Below are positions 14,601 through 20,936 of a stretch of 64,000 nucleotides of DNA, piece after piece (position 1 is the first letter of the stretch; each line of letters begins with the position of its first letter). Made by a program: the position numbers and the translations under genes. The notes beneath the pieces are model-generated. The model saw only the letters and a program-made list of their open reading frames with translations. It made no database searches and was not told where the DNA came from. This DNA comes from a virus, in IMG/VR virus record IMGVR_UViG_3300008111_000019, positions 32,001-96,000 of that record; one strand, 5' to 3'.

Positions 14601-16315
14601 CTGATTTATTTTTAACTAAAGCAGTTTACGATCAAACCACTAGAGTACTAGTCACTGTTGACGGACAAGCCATTGATACAGGATTTGTCAATAGCGGAGA
14701 TTTCATAGATACCAAAGATAGAACTATGATTCAGTTTGGTATACCTCCTGAGTTTAGACAAGTTGTTAAGATAATTTGCTTTGGCAGTTCCGCACAAACG
14801 GATTCAACAGGTGTGCCGTTTATTAGAGTTAATCAACAGACAGTTTTTTATGATGGAGTGAACAGAAACTTTGATCTCGATAAATTTGTTGATCTAGGAA
14901 GAAACAGTGCTCAATCTGCAATCATTGTAGAAGTTGATGGCGAATATCTGCGTAACGTAGACAGCAATTATTTGATCTATGATGGTACAAACAATTCATT
15001 GACTCTAGGCACCGATCCAGAAGAGTCATTGGGATCTATCACTTCCGGATTTATTAAAGTCTATATTAACGGTCAGTTGAAGAGATTTGTTGTTGACTAT
15101 ATATTTGACGGTAACACAAATACGCTTACTATAAATGAGGATTCTCTAGAGATAGGTGATGTGGTATTGATTGTTAATGATCTTGCAGTTCAGTATAGAT
15201 TAGAAAATAACAATATTGTAATTGCTCCTTCAGTACCATTGACAGTTAATGATCCAATAACAATTACATGGTTTAGCGAATATCCTACACTTGATCTTAT
15301 TAGCGATGAATTCAGTGGCGGAAAAGTAAATTACCAATTGCCAAGAAATCCAATCGATGTAAATTTCATATGGGTTTATAAAAATGGAGAAAGATTAACC
15401 AAAGATAGAGATTATTACCTGTCATTGCCGAGGGGAGTGGTTTATCTAGTGGATCCTACAATCAGAACTGATTTAATTAAAATTATACAGTTTGGCACTA
15501 AAACTTATGAGCCACCTAGAGCATTTGAAATCTATAAAGATATGTTGAATAACAATATCTATAAGAGATATCAAAAGAAAAATTCAGTTAAGTTGACTAA
15601 GGTTTTAAATTATTACGATACTACTGTAGAAGTATCAGATGCAACTCAATTATCTGAACCGATCCTAAGTAGAAATATTCCAGGTATCATTACTATTAAT
15701 AACGAGCGTATTGAATACTTTGCCAAGAGCGGCAATGTACTTTCTCAATTGCGTAGGGGAAGTCTAGGCACTGCTATTAAAGAATCGCATGCTATTGGAA
15801 GTTATGTAATTGATTCGGGTAGTGGAGAAACTATTTCTTATACAGATACAGAATCTACCAATGATTTCTTAAGTGACGGAACCCCCGACGATTCAACAGT
15901 GGGCGCAGCACAAACTATAGGACCGTTGGATTTCATACCTGCTAAATCTCAACGTAATTCTTGGTATAGAGATACTATCCCTCAAACTTATGGACCATGC
16001 GATACTATCGAAGTATTTGTGGGTGGAAAACGATTGAGAAAAAATCCTATAGATTTATACAATTCAGAATTGTCTGCAAGTAGTCCTGCAGGCGATGAGC
16101 ATATCGAAGCAGAGTTTAGTGTAGATGGATCTACAGCATTTGTGAGATTAACCGAAACAGTGCCTGCAGGAACCAAGATAACAGTGGTTCGTAAAACAGG
16201 TAGAATTTGGTATGACAAAGGCGAAACTACTGCAAGTACAGGAATATCTCTGCTATACAATGATACTCCAATCGCAAAATTCATCGATGCGGGTAGCACT
16301 GAATTGCCCGAATAA
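2606..16315 (+). CDS. Giant (4569 aa) virion structural protein, probable baseplate wedge/adhesin with FG-GAP-like beta-propeller and carbohydrate-binding-like repeats
   Basis: Follows the gp6-like gene after 3 nt. Repeats FG.(S/A)..IS..G..LVV.SP, about 6 W/Y.P...Y..G.IV.Y.G..W/Y repeats, and NGGSGY...PTV.I.G.G.GA repeats typical of T4-like baseplate proteins. Confidence 0.7.
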   Translation: MANTNYPDSGLPIRRTVELLPTIFQSEANAKFMSAVVDPLTQPGTLDKTVGYIGRRYGKTFNSTDVYLDTDQTLRSRYQLEPGVVVDENKKIKNFYDYLDFKNQLKFFNNDNENDNKITDQEHYTWNPPIDWDKFINYREYYWVPEFPPDIAITGQAQSITSTYRISLGANSYVFTPDGQTNNPTLTLYRGQTYKFNVNIPGHPFFIRTNLDVGVLFYNPAMPYSAGQIAVFDGKIWKAKVNISVNDGSSIDENSQDWELVDVYYDTFSFDYNNGVTGAGKETGTITFEVPLDAPDLLYYQSAIDPNFFGKFLIANVESNTKIDVEKEIIGKETYISSNGITLSNGMVIRFQGQVIPETYTALGNSGKYVVEGVGTSIRLVSVDDLVISPIDELNVPEVLFDDGGFDTEPFDDASLYPANKDYLTINRASADRNSWSRYNRWFHRSVLDYAHSVNNSDFAADEASRAKRPIIEFIPDIKIYNHGEIAKSSVDFIDDFTTDVFSVVEGSIGYIVDGESLFEGARVLITADTDNLVNNQIYRVKIITHNNKKQITLIKESDGDPVVNECLLVKRGKNNRGLMYHYNGDSWIKSQTKTKVNQSPLFDLFDENEISFGDQEVYPVNTFIGTPIVSYKIGNGPVDSELGFSLSYLNIDNVGDIQFNFNLDSDSFDYKIDREILTKKLATGFYRSQRDQYANSWTSLDRNFAQPVLDTIVIVNETDTIISTAIDWNSVEDAQIKKLLVLVNGIKSNVSYVRTRNKFVFSKNFSAGDTVTFKIYSDIPPDTGYYEIPLGLEKNPLNANITNFTLGQASDHLGTALELKDEIVGIFPGSSNLRDISQYQQFAKRFLKHSGSASVAMILLCDKDINIIKSLQFAKRSYTDFKNSFIKLSDELYLNQEPRDFVDTILNEISNNLTSANPFSNSDMVGSGAYTVLKYTVEDEGIKTFALSEKFDLETVSERAVYVYQNSQQLIHGIDYTFNSTFGFVLLNIDLAEGDEIEIREYVSTAVNFIPSTPTKLGLYKKYLPMKFLDDTYAEPKEVIQGHDGSITTAYGDFRDDILLELELRIYNNIKQQYDENVFDIDRILGGYYGNAEFTKRDLDKITNVEFLKWISDTNIDYINNNYIDTENPFTYTYSNMTDPSRSKNLPGYWRGVYEWFYDTTRPHTCPWEMLGFSEKPDWWESEYGPAPYTSNNLILWEDLRDGIVRQGLRKGIYDRYKRSSLMTHIPVDADGNLLDPLNSSLANDYSLINNQGPFVLGDRGPVEFAWRSSSEWPYAVVISLCLLKPFKFITDNFNKSNVVRNKINQITNIDSKVFFTVNDLVFYEKNKTASGLHLYVVDYLKNKTLNTDILQDKIKNIDVRLASRNSGFVDAAQQKYVLDSKNPKASSSSIFVPVENYDIIFNVSSPFGTVAYSGILIEKSNRGWKLSGYDREKPIFYYYQPVQSQSDSLITVGGVSEDFVDWIPNQFYGNGIIARYQGFFYRSLKSHNSGDSFEKINWQQLPSLPLKNAVTAFNRRTFNTIKIKELPYDTVFSDIQTVVDFILGYQEYLKSIGFVFDSYNTELKEPEDWNTSIKEFMFWSRHNWSIGSLIALSPAAKRVNLVTTLGVADNLLDSFYDYQVLKNDGTPLNPSNINVTRSFRTINISTADTNDGIYFVKFNMVLKENITIFSDRTVFNDVIYDKPTGYRQERIKSRGFRTVDWDGDYTSPGFIFDSVDISVWQPFTDYKLGDIVAYKSYYWTSKVNQLGTVEFDDKRWTKLDSTPTKGLVSNFDYRITQFEDYYEADTSGIGSSQRDLARHAIGYQQREYLQNLAEDEVTQFKLYQGFIREKGTANAIVKVFDKLSRTSDDSVVLKEEWAFKLGDVGGIDQTTEYEFQIDKDKFVVNPQPILLDSGVERTSVEDQYYRIYSSSFTLRPIPFTTQINPLIYYDGPSRNAGYVKLDHIDISIKSRDEILNLNIDEVKDNSNIWITFDKNSWTVLRYNEDPFLSVAGVIKEGQNIRCLTNRPHRLSADDIVGIQIQNLTGFFKLLEVTNDTFVVTPTSTDPVEIVDSSSAALGLFRTVRYSTYESMNKGEIALLKQGSKLWVDDAGSDTWEVVEKTKQYIDFTLLEYGITDPRGLGKAVLYIDSTKQIAASLPESNFVMIYTDKVSAGFTNIGLKQIIPAPDGFESATNGVFGEVLAVSPDYKWLAVASPRASGVKSTYREELLPIRSYLAGEIVLWQGRLWKAKVNIRVGDGSSINFNSDDWEPATLVEANSIGRNDGYLEQGMVTLYTYNNQQWEPSISLVSPRQEDFEQFGSSVSIGVSGNKYYMSVSAPGSLDSKGRVYLYYYNGTSWSYFENTSYMGLYDPTPGTFYPVSSIVWYENNFYEALYDNYGDGSTISVESNDWKRLDSVSTQFSLPTNISVDDDGSTLIEGLLTPSQQAELVKQGDRFGHSTTMSRDGSILVVSTPTSDGQYFANYRGVWKPYNEYKPNDVVKYQGGYHKFSVIDSANDESLNNPPDAGNPWVNVGDSTYQTSGKIYIYKRDENNRYNLVQTITEQNINQVNDSTADVNIMSGDEFGFALDIDSSGRTLVVSSPKADVFSQTQGAVYVFKTNDLNDVEFRLVQKLTSFEYLTNEYFGSAISISPNTERIVVGAKNSPFDLITRFNQGTTFDKNKTVFKDSQGFPGQAYVFERKSEGYFLVEKLDTDFIPNESFGESLDCVGNVIVVGSPRYKVEDSTKGNIRLFKKPVDINSLKTIAEESQLVDINKIKNVELYNNINDIKLADIDIIDGYKMKILGVADQEITWKTPYDPAIYILATTDQVIDESQAWYEKNVGRVWWDLSTTKFINYEQGDLAYRIGNWNVQAAGSTVDVYEWIESLLLPSEWSLLADTVEGLAEGISGQPKHPDDSVYNTKILFNPNSGEQVGTKYYFWVKNKNTLPESANRKISISAVANYISSPIGTGLPFVALIDTDKILAYNLPTIISSDTALLNIEYLTSQGRINQSHKEYQLLTEGIADSLPADILERKWLDSLVGYDQAGNAVPDISIPQRQRYGLKFRPRQSMFVDKAVALEGAIEYINNILITRPFTDLVDFVRLGSVDGLPNEELNEYDVAIDTLIDLSQVGTTRIRKAEFSVNIINGEVDTIDIINPGFGYRNVPYIEIEGTGSGAKAEVTIDNQGKINSITVVARGKKYTSALVKIRAFSVLIKSDSSYNNFWSIYSWDDVRRTFFRSKSQGYDVTRYWEYVDWWAEGFDSQVKVTKEITNIYEEPTISVEVGQLIRIKEYSGGGWAVIQKTEDGAGNLLSNYNLVGRKHGTLQIIPLLYNSISNRLGYDGTGAYDSNLYDIQPIKELRIILDAVKNDIFVDDLRVEWNKLFFNSVKYALAEQNSADWLFKTSFLNAIHNVGDLDQRPTYKNDNLDSYKKYIEEIKPYKTTIREYTSRYTEKQNSGLATTDFDLPAAYSTVDGKILPVNEDYNRFNEYPWKSWDDNKGYNIIAVEVANGGSGYVSAPTVLIEGDGQGATGIAYVSNGQVRAVRIINEGSGYTKTPTVLLVGGNGSSPDNARAVAILGKSLVRTFDLNLKFDRISKTGTFTSYSKVQQFTATGSSAVFELAFAPKTEKRFITVTLNNQIVLSSQYAVDLYKSSVDEFDLLRGKIRFLTPPKAGDQITVEYEFNSSLLDSVDRINRYYAPTSGMLGKETNQLMTGIDFGGVRIQGTTFDVTGGWDALPWFVDNWDSVESSSDFYYAADGSTTFVVLPFTPASNQAISIYLKRETETKSTRIDDPAWTPSWDSSVSINPSAQMPTFIGDGSTNVVEIGSYVSTQAGDTLIFRTLESDGSVTIVDANLLDTRITGGSLSNIGGAYVNATGTMAEEISIDGDKFISPDQVPAPEENVPGQVLDSLSFKVFTTEDPGAAHLQNKVIIADGTTKKFNIGLNIFESTGVMVYVNKIKQDYAEDSSINYTIDFVNNQIEFAVAPILGSVIEIISVGIGGISLIDYQEFVADGETDLFLTKAVYDQTTRVLVTVDGQAIDTGFVNSGDFIDTKDRTMIQFGIPPEFRQVVKIICFGSSAQTDSTGVPFIRVNQQTVFYDGVNRNFDLDKFVDLGRNSAQSAIIVEVDGEYLRNVDSNYLIYDGTNNSLTLGTDPEESLGSITSGFIKVYINGQLKRFVVDYIFDGNTNTLTINEDSLEIGDVVLIVNDLAVQYRLENNNIVIAPSVPLTVNDPITITWFSEYPTLDLISDEFSGGKVNYQLPRNPIDVNFIWVYKNGERLTKDRDYYLSLPRGVVYLVDPTIRTDLIKIIQFGTKTYEPPRAFEIYKDMLNNNIYKRYQKKNSVKLTKVLNYYDTTVEVSDATQLSEPILSRNIPGIITINNERIEYFAKSGNVLSQLRRGSLGTAIKESHAIGSYVIDSGSGETISYTDTESTNDFLSDGTPDDSTVGAAQTIGPLDFIPAKSQRNSWYRDTIPQTYGPCDTIEVFVGGKRLRKNPIDLYNSELSASSPAGDEHIEAEFSVDGSTAFVRLTETVPAGTKITVVRKTGRIWYDKGETTASTGISLLYNDTPIAKFIDAGSTELPE

Positions 16316-16318
16316 ATA
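16312..16318 (+). promoter_or_regulatory. T4-like late promoter core (ATAAATA)
   Basis: AATAAATA overlaps the stop of the giant gene; 5 nt lie between it and ATG 16324; no SD. Confidence 0.55.
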
Positions 16319-16323
16319 CTACT

Positions 16324-16992
16324 ATGAACAAATCATCAGAGCCAAATATGATAGAAAATCAGCCCGAAAATCAACAAAAATATGAAAAACCCAACGAATC
16401 TGGGGGTTTTCATTTCGAAGGACACATCAAAATATTTGATCCGGAAAACGGAGAAGTCCTAATAGATAAAAGAAATGCCATCCACTACGAAAATATGAGT
16501 GTGGCCATGGTCAATGCTTTGAGCAATCAAGGACAGGGAACCATATATGAAATGGTTTTTGGTAATGGTGGAACCACAGTAGATCCCACAGGGTTGATCA
16601 CATATCTAACAACTAATACTGTAGGTATCAATACTAGTTTGTATAATCAAACATACAATAAAGTAGTTGATCAAAATTCTGCTAATAACACAGATCCTGT
16701 GAGAAACAAGATGGAAATACGTCATATTAGCGGTGCTACTTACAGCGACATTATTGTAAGTTGTATCCTTGATTACTCTGAACCAGATGGTCAGCAGGCT
16801 TTTGATAATTCTGTAGACATGAGCGGAAATTTTGTATTTGATGAATTAGGTTTGCGCAGTTATAACCCAGACGGAACAGGAAAACTTCTAACACATGTTA
16901 TATTTCATCCTGTGCAAAAATCATTGAACAGACTTTTACAAATCGATTACACGATTAGAATACAGAGTCTAACCAGTTTCGTTGAGGTGTAA
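16324..16992 (+). CDS. Virion structural protein (baseplate/tail-fibre attachment)
   Basis: Between baseplate and fibre genes; 'FDELGL...LLTHVIFHPVQKSLNR...IDYTIRI' beta-rich C-terminus. Confidence 0.55.
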   Translation: MNKSSEPNMIENQPENQQKYEKPNESGGFHFEGHIKIFDPENGEVLIDKRNAIHYENMSVAMVNALSNQGQGTIYEMVFGNGGTTVDPTGLITYLTTNTVGINTSLYNQTYNKVVDQNSANNTDPVRNKMEIRHISGATYSDIIVSCILDYSEPDGQQAFDNSVDMSGNFVFDELGLRSYNPDGTGKLLTHVIFHPVQKSLNRLLQIDYTIRIQSLTSFVEV

Positions 16993-16995
16993 TAG

Positions 16996-19068
16996 ATGCC
17001 ATATATTGTAAATTTTACAGATAAAGACAATAAACTGCCAATAACAGTTTATGATAATACATCTAGCAACGATACTAGTTTAACATTTCCTGGAAGAAAC
17101 GTTACAGGATACGGACAGATTATTGCTGAAAACTTTTTGGCCATACTAGAAAATTTTGCCAAAGATACTGCACCAGTAAACCCAATCGAAGGCCAATTAT
17201 GGTATGACACAGGGACTGCTAGATTAAAAATATGGGATAGCACTTTATGGAAAAGTGCGTCTAGTATCCAGACTAGCAGTGTTGAACCTCCAACTGAAGA
17301 AAGTAAAGTAGGTGAGTTGTGGGTTGATACAGTTAATCAACAGGTATATGTTTATTCTGGTACACGATGGATTTTAGTAGGTCCTACATTTTCTACAGGT
17401 TTACGTAGCGGTCCACTAGTTGAATCTATTATAGACTCCGACAACATCACTAGGGTTGTATTAACCTTATACATTGAAGATGTGCCAGTGGTTATTATTA
17501 GTAGAGATAAATTTACTCCTAAAATTTCTATTTCTGGTTTTACAATTATTAACTCGGGATTCAATATTACTTCAAATGATGTAAGTGAAATTGCTGCCGA
17601 AACTAAAATATGGGGTACTGCTACATCTGCAGAATCCTTAATTATCAATGATGTTGAAATTCCTGCTTCTCGATTTATGAGAACAGATATAACAAACACT
17701 TCAGATTTTCCTATAAACATTAGAAATAACAGTGGTGTTTTGATTGGAGTCAATAGTAATTTCAGTATCAGCACTTCTGAAACCTCTGCAAAAATTTACA
17801 ATAGTTCTGTAGGATCTAGTATAGATTTACAAATTAACAGAGAAGGGGCACCAACTACTGTATTAAGAGTTTTTGATAACAAGATAGGTATAAACGTTGC
17901 TGCCCCGGAAGAGTCTTTAGATGTTGACGGAAATATTAGAACTAACGGAAGTTTAATATTAACCGGTACAGCATCTAGTACTAATTTTAATAATGGTACG
18001 TTTAGAACTGCAGGCGGTGCAGCAATTTCTAAAAATCTATTAGTCGGCGAAGGTATAATAGTAAATGGCACAGCCAATTTTGAAAACACTCAGCCGCAGA
18101 CTACAGATACCTATGACTCCGGTAGTGTTACAAAGAGATGGAAAACAGTTAGAACTAAAACACTTGTAGCAGAAAATATTGAAGGTGTTTTAGTAGGTAA
18201 CATTGTAGGTAATGCAACTACAGCAACCAATTTAAAATTTCCTACTACATTTAGAATTGAAGGAGATATTACATCTCCTAACGTATCGTTTGACGGACAG
18301 GTTGGCGGTCTAACTAAAACTTTCAACACCACACTGACTGCAACATTGATTAGTAGTAAAAATGAACCAGTTCCTAATACCAGCAAGCCCGATGACTATG
18401 TTTTAGTATTCAGAGGCGGTACTGGTCTATTAAAAGAAACCAGAGATGTATTCATTGGAGATTTAGGAGTACCAGTCGGAGGTATTATACCTTTTGCAGG
18501 CGCTTTTGCTCCGTATGGTTATTTGCTTTGTGATGGTAGCGAAGTTGAAAAAACCAAATATAGTTTATTGTTTGACGTTATAGGTAATACCTACAACGGA
18601 GCATTACCCTTAGTGGGTGTAGGTACATATCGTTTACCTGATCTGCGAGGCAGATTCCCCCTAGGTAAAGATAATATGGATAACGGAATAACAGTGCCAA
18701 ATACCACAGGTGGATATATTGATGCAGGTGGCGGAAATATTGACAGAGTTTCTGGTACTGCGCCTGATAACCTAGGCGACGGTGGCGGTCAATCTACTAA
18801 TAATTTAACAGTGTCTAATCTTCCTGATCATGAACACAACATGAAAGGTTCTACAGGCCAGCAATATTATGCTTCTAGACTTGACACAGCCATTCCTTTA
18901 GATACAGGATCTTTTTCTGATAAAGGACCTACATCACTTGGTCAAACACAATATGTTCCTACATCGGGCGGAGTTAAGACTGCAGGAGCACTGGGACAGG
19001 CCTTTTCAGTGATGAACCCGTACTTAACATTAAACTATATTATTCGCTCGGGCCCACCGAACTTCTAA
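16996..19068 (+). CDS. Tail fibre protein with phage tail-collar domain (short tail fibre-like)
   Basis: Tail-collar motif 'PVGGIIPFAG..AP.GYLLCDGS...LF.VIG.TY...LPDLRGRFPLG', 'NLPDHEH', C-terminal 'MNPYLTLNYIIR'; N-terminal domain shared with the next three genes. Confidence 0.85.
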   Translation: MPYIVNFTDKDNKLPITVYDNTSSNDTSLTFPGRNVTGYGQIIAENFLAILENFAKDTAPVNPIEGQLWYDTGTARLKIWDSTLWKSASSIQTSSVEPPTEESKVGELWVDTVNQQVYVYSGTRWILVGPTFSTGLRSGPLVESIIDSDNITRVVLTLYIEDVPVVIISRDKFTPKISISGFTIINSGFNITSNDVSEIAAETKIWGTATSAESLIINDVEIPASRFMRTDITNTSDFPINIRNNSGVLIGVNSNFSISTSETSAKIYNSSVGSSIDLQINREGAPTTVLRVFDNKIGINVAAPEESLDVDGNIRTNGSLILTGTASSTNFNNGTFRTAGGAAISKNLLVGEGIIVNGTANFENTQPQTTDTYDSGSVTKRWKTVRTKTLVAENIEGVLVGNIVGNATTATNLKFPTTFRIEGDITSPNVSFDGQVGGLTKTFNTTLTATLISSKNEPVPNTSKPDDYVLVFRGGTGLLKETRDVFIGDLGVPVGGIIPFAGAFAPYGYLLCDGSEVEKTKYSLLFDVIGNTYNGALPLVGVGTYRLPDLRGRFPLGKDNMDNGITVPNTTGGYIDAGGGNIDRVSGTAPDNLGDGGGQSTNNLTVSNLPDHEHNMKGSTGQQYYASRLDTAIPLDTGSFSDKGPTSLGQTQYVPTSGGVKTAGALGQAFSVMNPYLTLNYIIRSGPPNF

Positions 19069-19078
19069 GGTATAAGAC

Positions 19079-20917
19079 ATGGCATATACGATTAATAAAA
19101 CAGACGGAACAATTTTAGCAACAGTGGCCGACGGACAGATAGATACTATCAGTAGTGATCTCACTTTGATAGGTAAAAACTATAGCGGTTTCGGCGAATC
19201 TATCAACGAAAATTTTATCAAATTACTGGAAAATTTTTCTAGCACAGCAGCACCAGATAATCCTATTAGAGGCCAAATTTGGTTCGATGTTAATGAACTT
19301 AAATTAAAAGTTTATAACGGCAATGCTTTTGTTCCTGTAAGTTCTGCAACTATTTCAAACACACAACCTACAAGTTTAGGTGTTGGTGATTTATGGTTCA
19401 ATGATGTTGATAAACAGTTATATTTTTATGATGGGTCTAACACTATACTTTTAGGTCCTGATTATTCTCAGAGTCAAGGCCTAAGCGGATTAAAAGTAGC
19501 CAATATTTTAGACTCGCTCAATCAAAATCGAGTTATTACTTATTTGTATAATAACGGTATTTTGTTAGGAATATTTTCCAAAGATTCTTTTACTCCTAAG
19601 TTGCCTATACAAGGATTCACAGGAGAGATTAATCCAGGATTTAATTCCGGCACATTGTCCGGAATGAAATTTTATGTTACAGCCACTAATGCTGACAGTT
19701 TAGGTAATCAACCTGCAAGTTCTTATGTAAGAAATGATACCAACAATATTATCAACGGCGGATTAATTCTTACTTCAAATTTAGGATTGATTATCGGTGA
19801 TGCAAGTCAAGGTCAATTTAACATTTCTGACGGTAATCTTACAATCGCTAATATTGCGTCTAACAAAGACATTACATTAACAGTAAGACGAGATGTTATT
19901 GCTGAACAAGCAATTAAGATTAGATCTTTATCGAGAAAAATAAATCTTTATGAAGGTATACCTGATAGTGAAGTAGATGTTGGCGGGGATCTAATTGTAC
20001 AGGGAGATCTTACAGTTAATGGTGATTTTGTAACTATCAATACCAGCACATTGACTGTTGAAGATAAAAATATAGTATTAGCCAAGCAAACCAACACTTT
20101 ACCTACAGACGGAAATGCTGCTGGTGGCGGAGTGATATTACAAGGCGCCACTAGTCATGTGTTCTTATGGCACGATGTTGGTCAAGTAGCAACTTCTAAC
20201 TCTTCGGAAGCGATTGCCGATGGGTATAACGATGCATGGCCTCAGTTAGCCAGCGGTGCTTGGAACAGTTCGGAACATATCAATTTAGCATCCGGCAAAG
20301 AATTTAAGATCAATGGTGTTACAGTTTTATCTAGTACATCGCTTGGTCCTGGTATTACAAGTATTCCTGGCGTAACTAGTTTCGGTGCGCAAACTCAATT
20401 TACAGTAGATGATCTGTTTATGGATAACAGTACTATTGAAGTGACTGCTCCTAATACAGATTTGACGTTAGATATTAACGGCACAGGTACCCTTAATTTA
20501 AGCAGTAAGAAAATTACCAACGTTGCTAATCCAACTTCTGCTCAAGACGCCGCCACAAAAAATTATGTAGACACTACAGTGCGAAGCAGAAGTATCGTGT
20601 TAAGTATGGATATTTCCGACGGTATATCTAACTCTGCTATCGCCGGATTAGTTGAGCAGGTAGCCCCTGCTGCTGAATATGCGAATGGAACTATTGCCCG
20701 TGTACTATGTTCTCAATTAGTAAACGGTACTACATCTTTAGACATCAATCCGTTATTGTCTACAGGTACTACTGAATTTAACACACCAACTGGTACTGCA
20801 TTCGGTGTTAGCAGTATTGCTTTTGGATTAGCCACTGTAGCAGCACCGGGTATCCTTGTGTCTAGAACTGTAAAAACATTCCAGATCATAAGCAGTGCTT
20901 GGTCGTTCGTATCATGA
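19079..20917 (+). CDS. Tail fibre protein
   Basis: Paralogous N-terminus 'GKNYSGFGESINENFIKLLENFS...P.NPIRGQIWFD'; fibre motifs 'LTVEDKNIVL' and 'ITNVANPTSAQDAATKNYVD'. Confidence 0.75.
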   Translation: MAYTINKTDGTILATVADGQIDTISSDLTLIGKNYSGFGESINENFIKLLENFSSTAAPDNPIRGQIWFDVNELKLKVYNGNAFVPVSSATISNTQPTSLGVGDLWFNDVDKQLYFYDGSNTILLGPDYSQSQGLSGLKVANILDSLNQNRVITYLYNNGILLGIFSKDSFTPKLPIQGFTGEINPGFNSGTLSGMKFYVTATNADSLGNQPASSYVRNDTNNIINGGLILTSNLGLIIGDASQGQFNISDGNLTIANIASNKDITLTVRRDVIAEQAIKIRSLSRKINLYEGIPDSEVDVGGDLIVQGDLTVNGDFVTINTSTLTVEDKNIVLAKQTNTLPTDGNAAGGGVILQGATSHVFLWHDVGQVATSNSSEAIADGYNDAWPQLASGAWNSSEHINLASGKEFKINGVTVLSSTSLGPGITSIPGVTSFGAQTQFTVDDLFMDNSTIEVTAPNTDLTLDINGTGTLNLSSKKITNVANPTSAQDAATKNYVDTTVRSRSIVLSMDISDGISNSAIAGLVEQVAPAAEYANGTIARVLCSQLVNGTTSLDINPLLSTGTTEFNTPTGTAFGVSSIAFGLATVAAPGILVSRTVKTFQIISSAWSFVS

Positions 20918-20936
20918 TAAAGAATTGGAGCGATAA

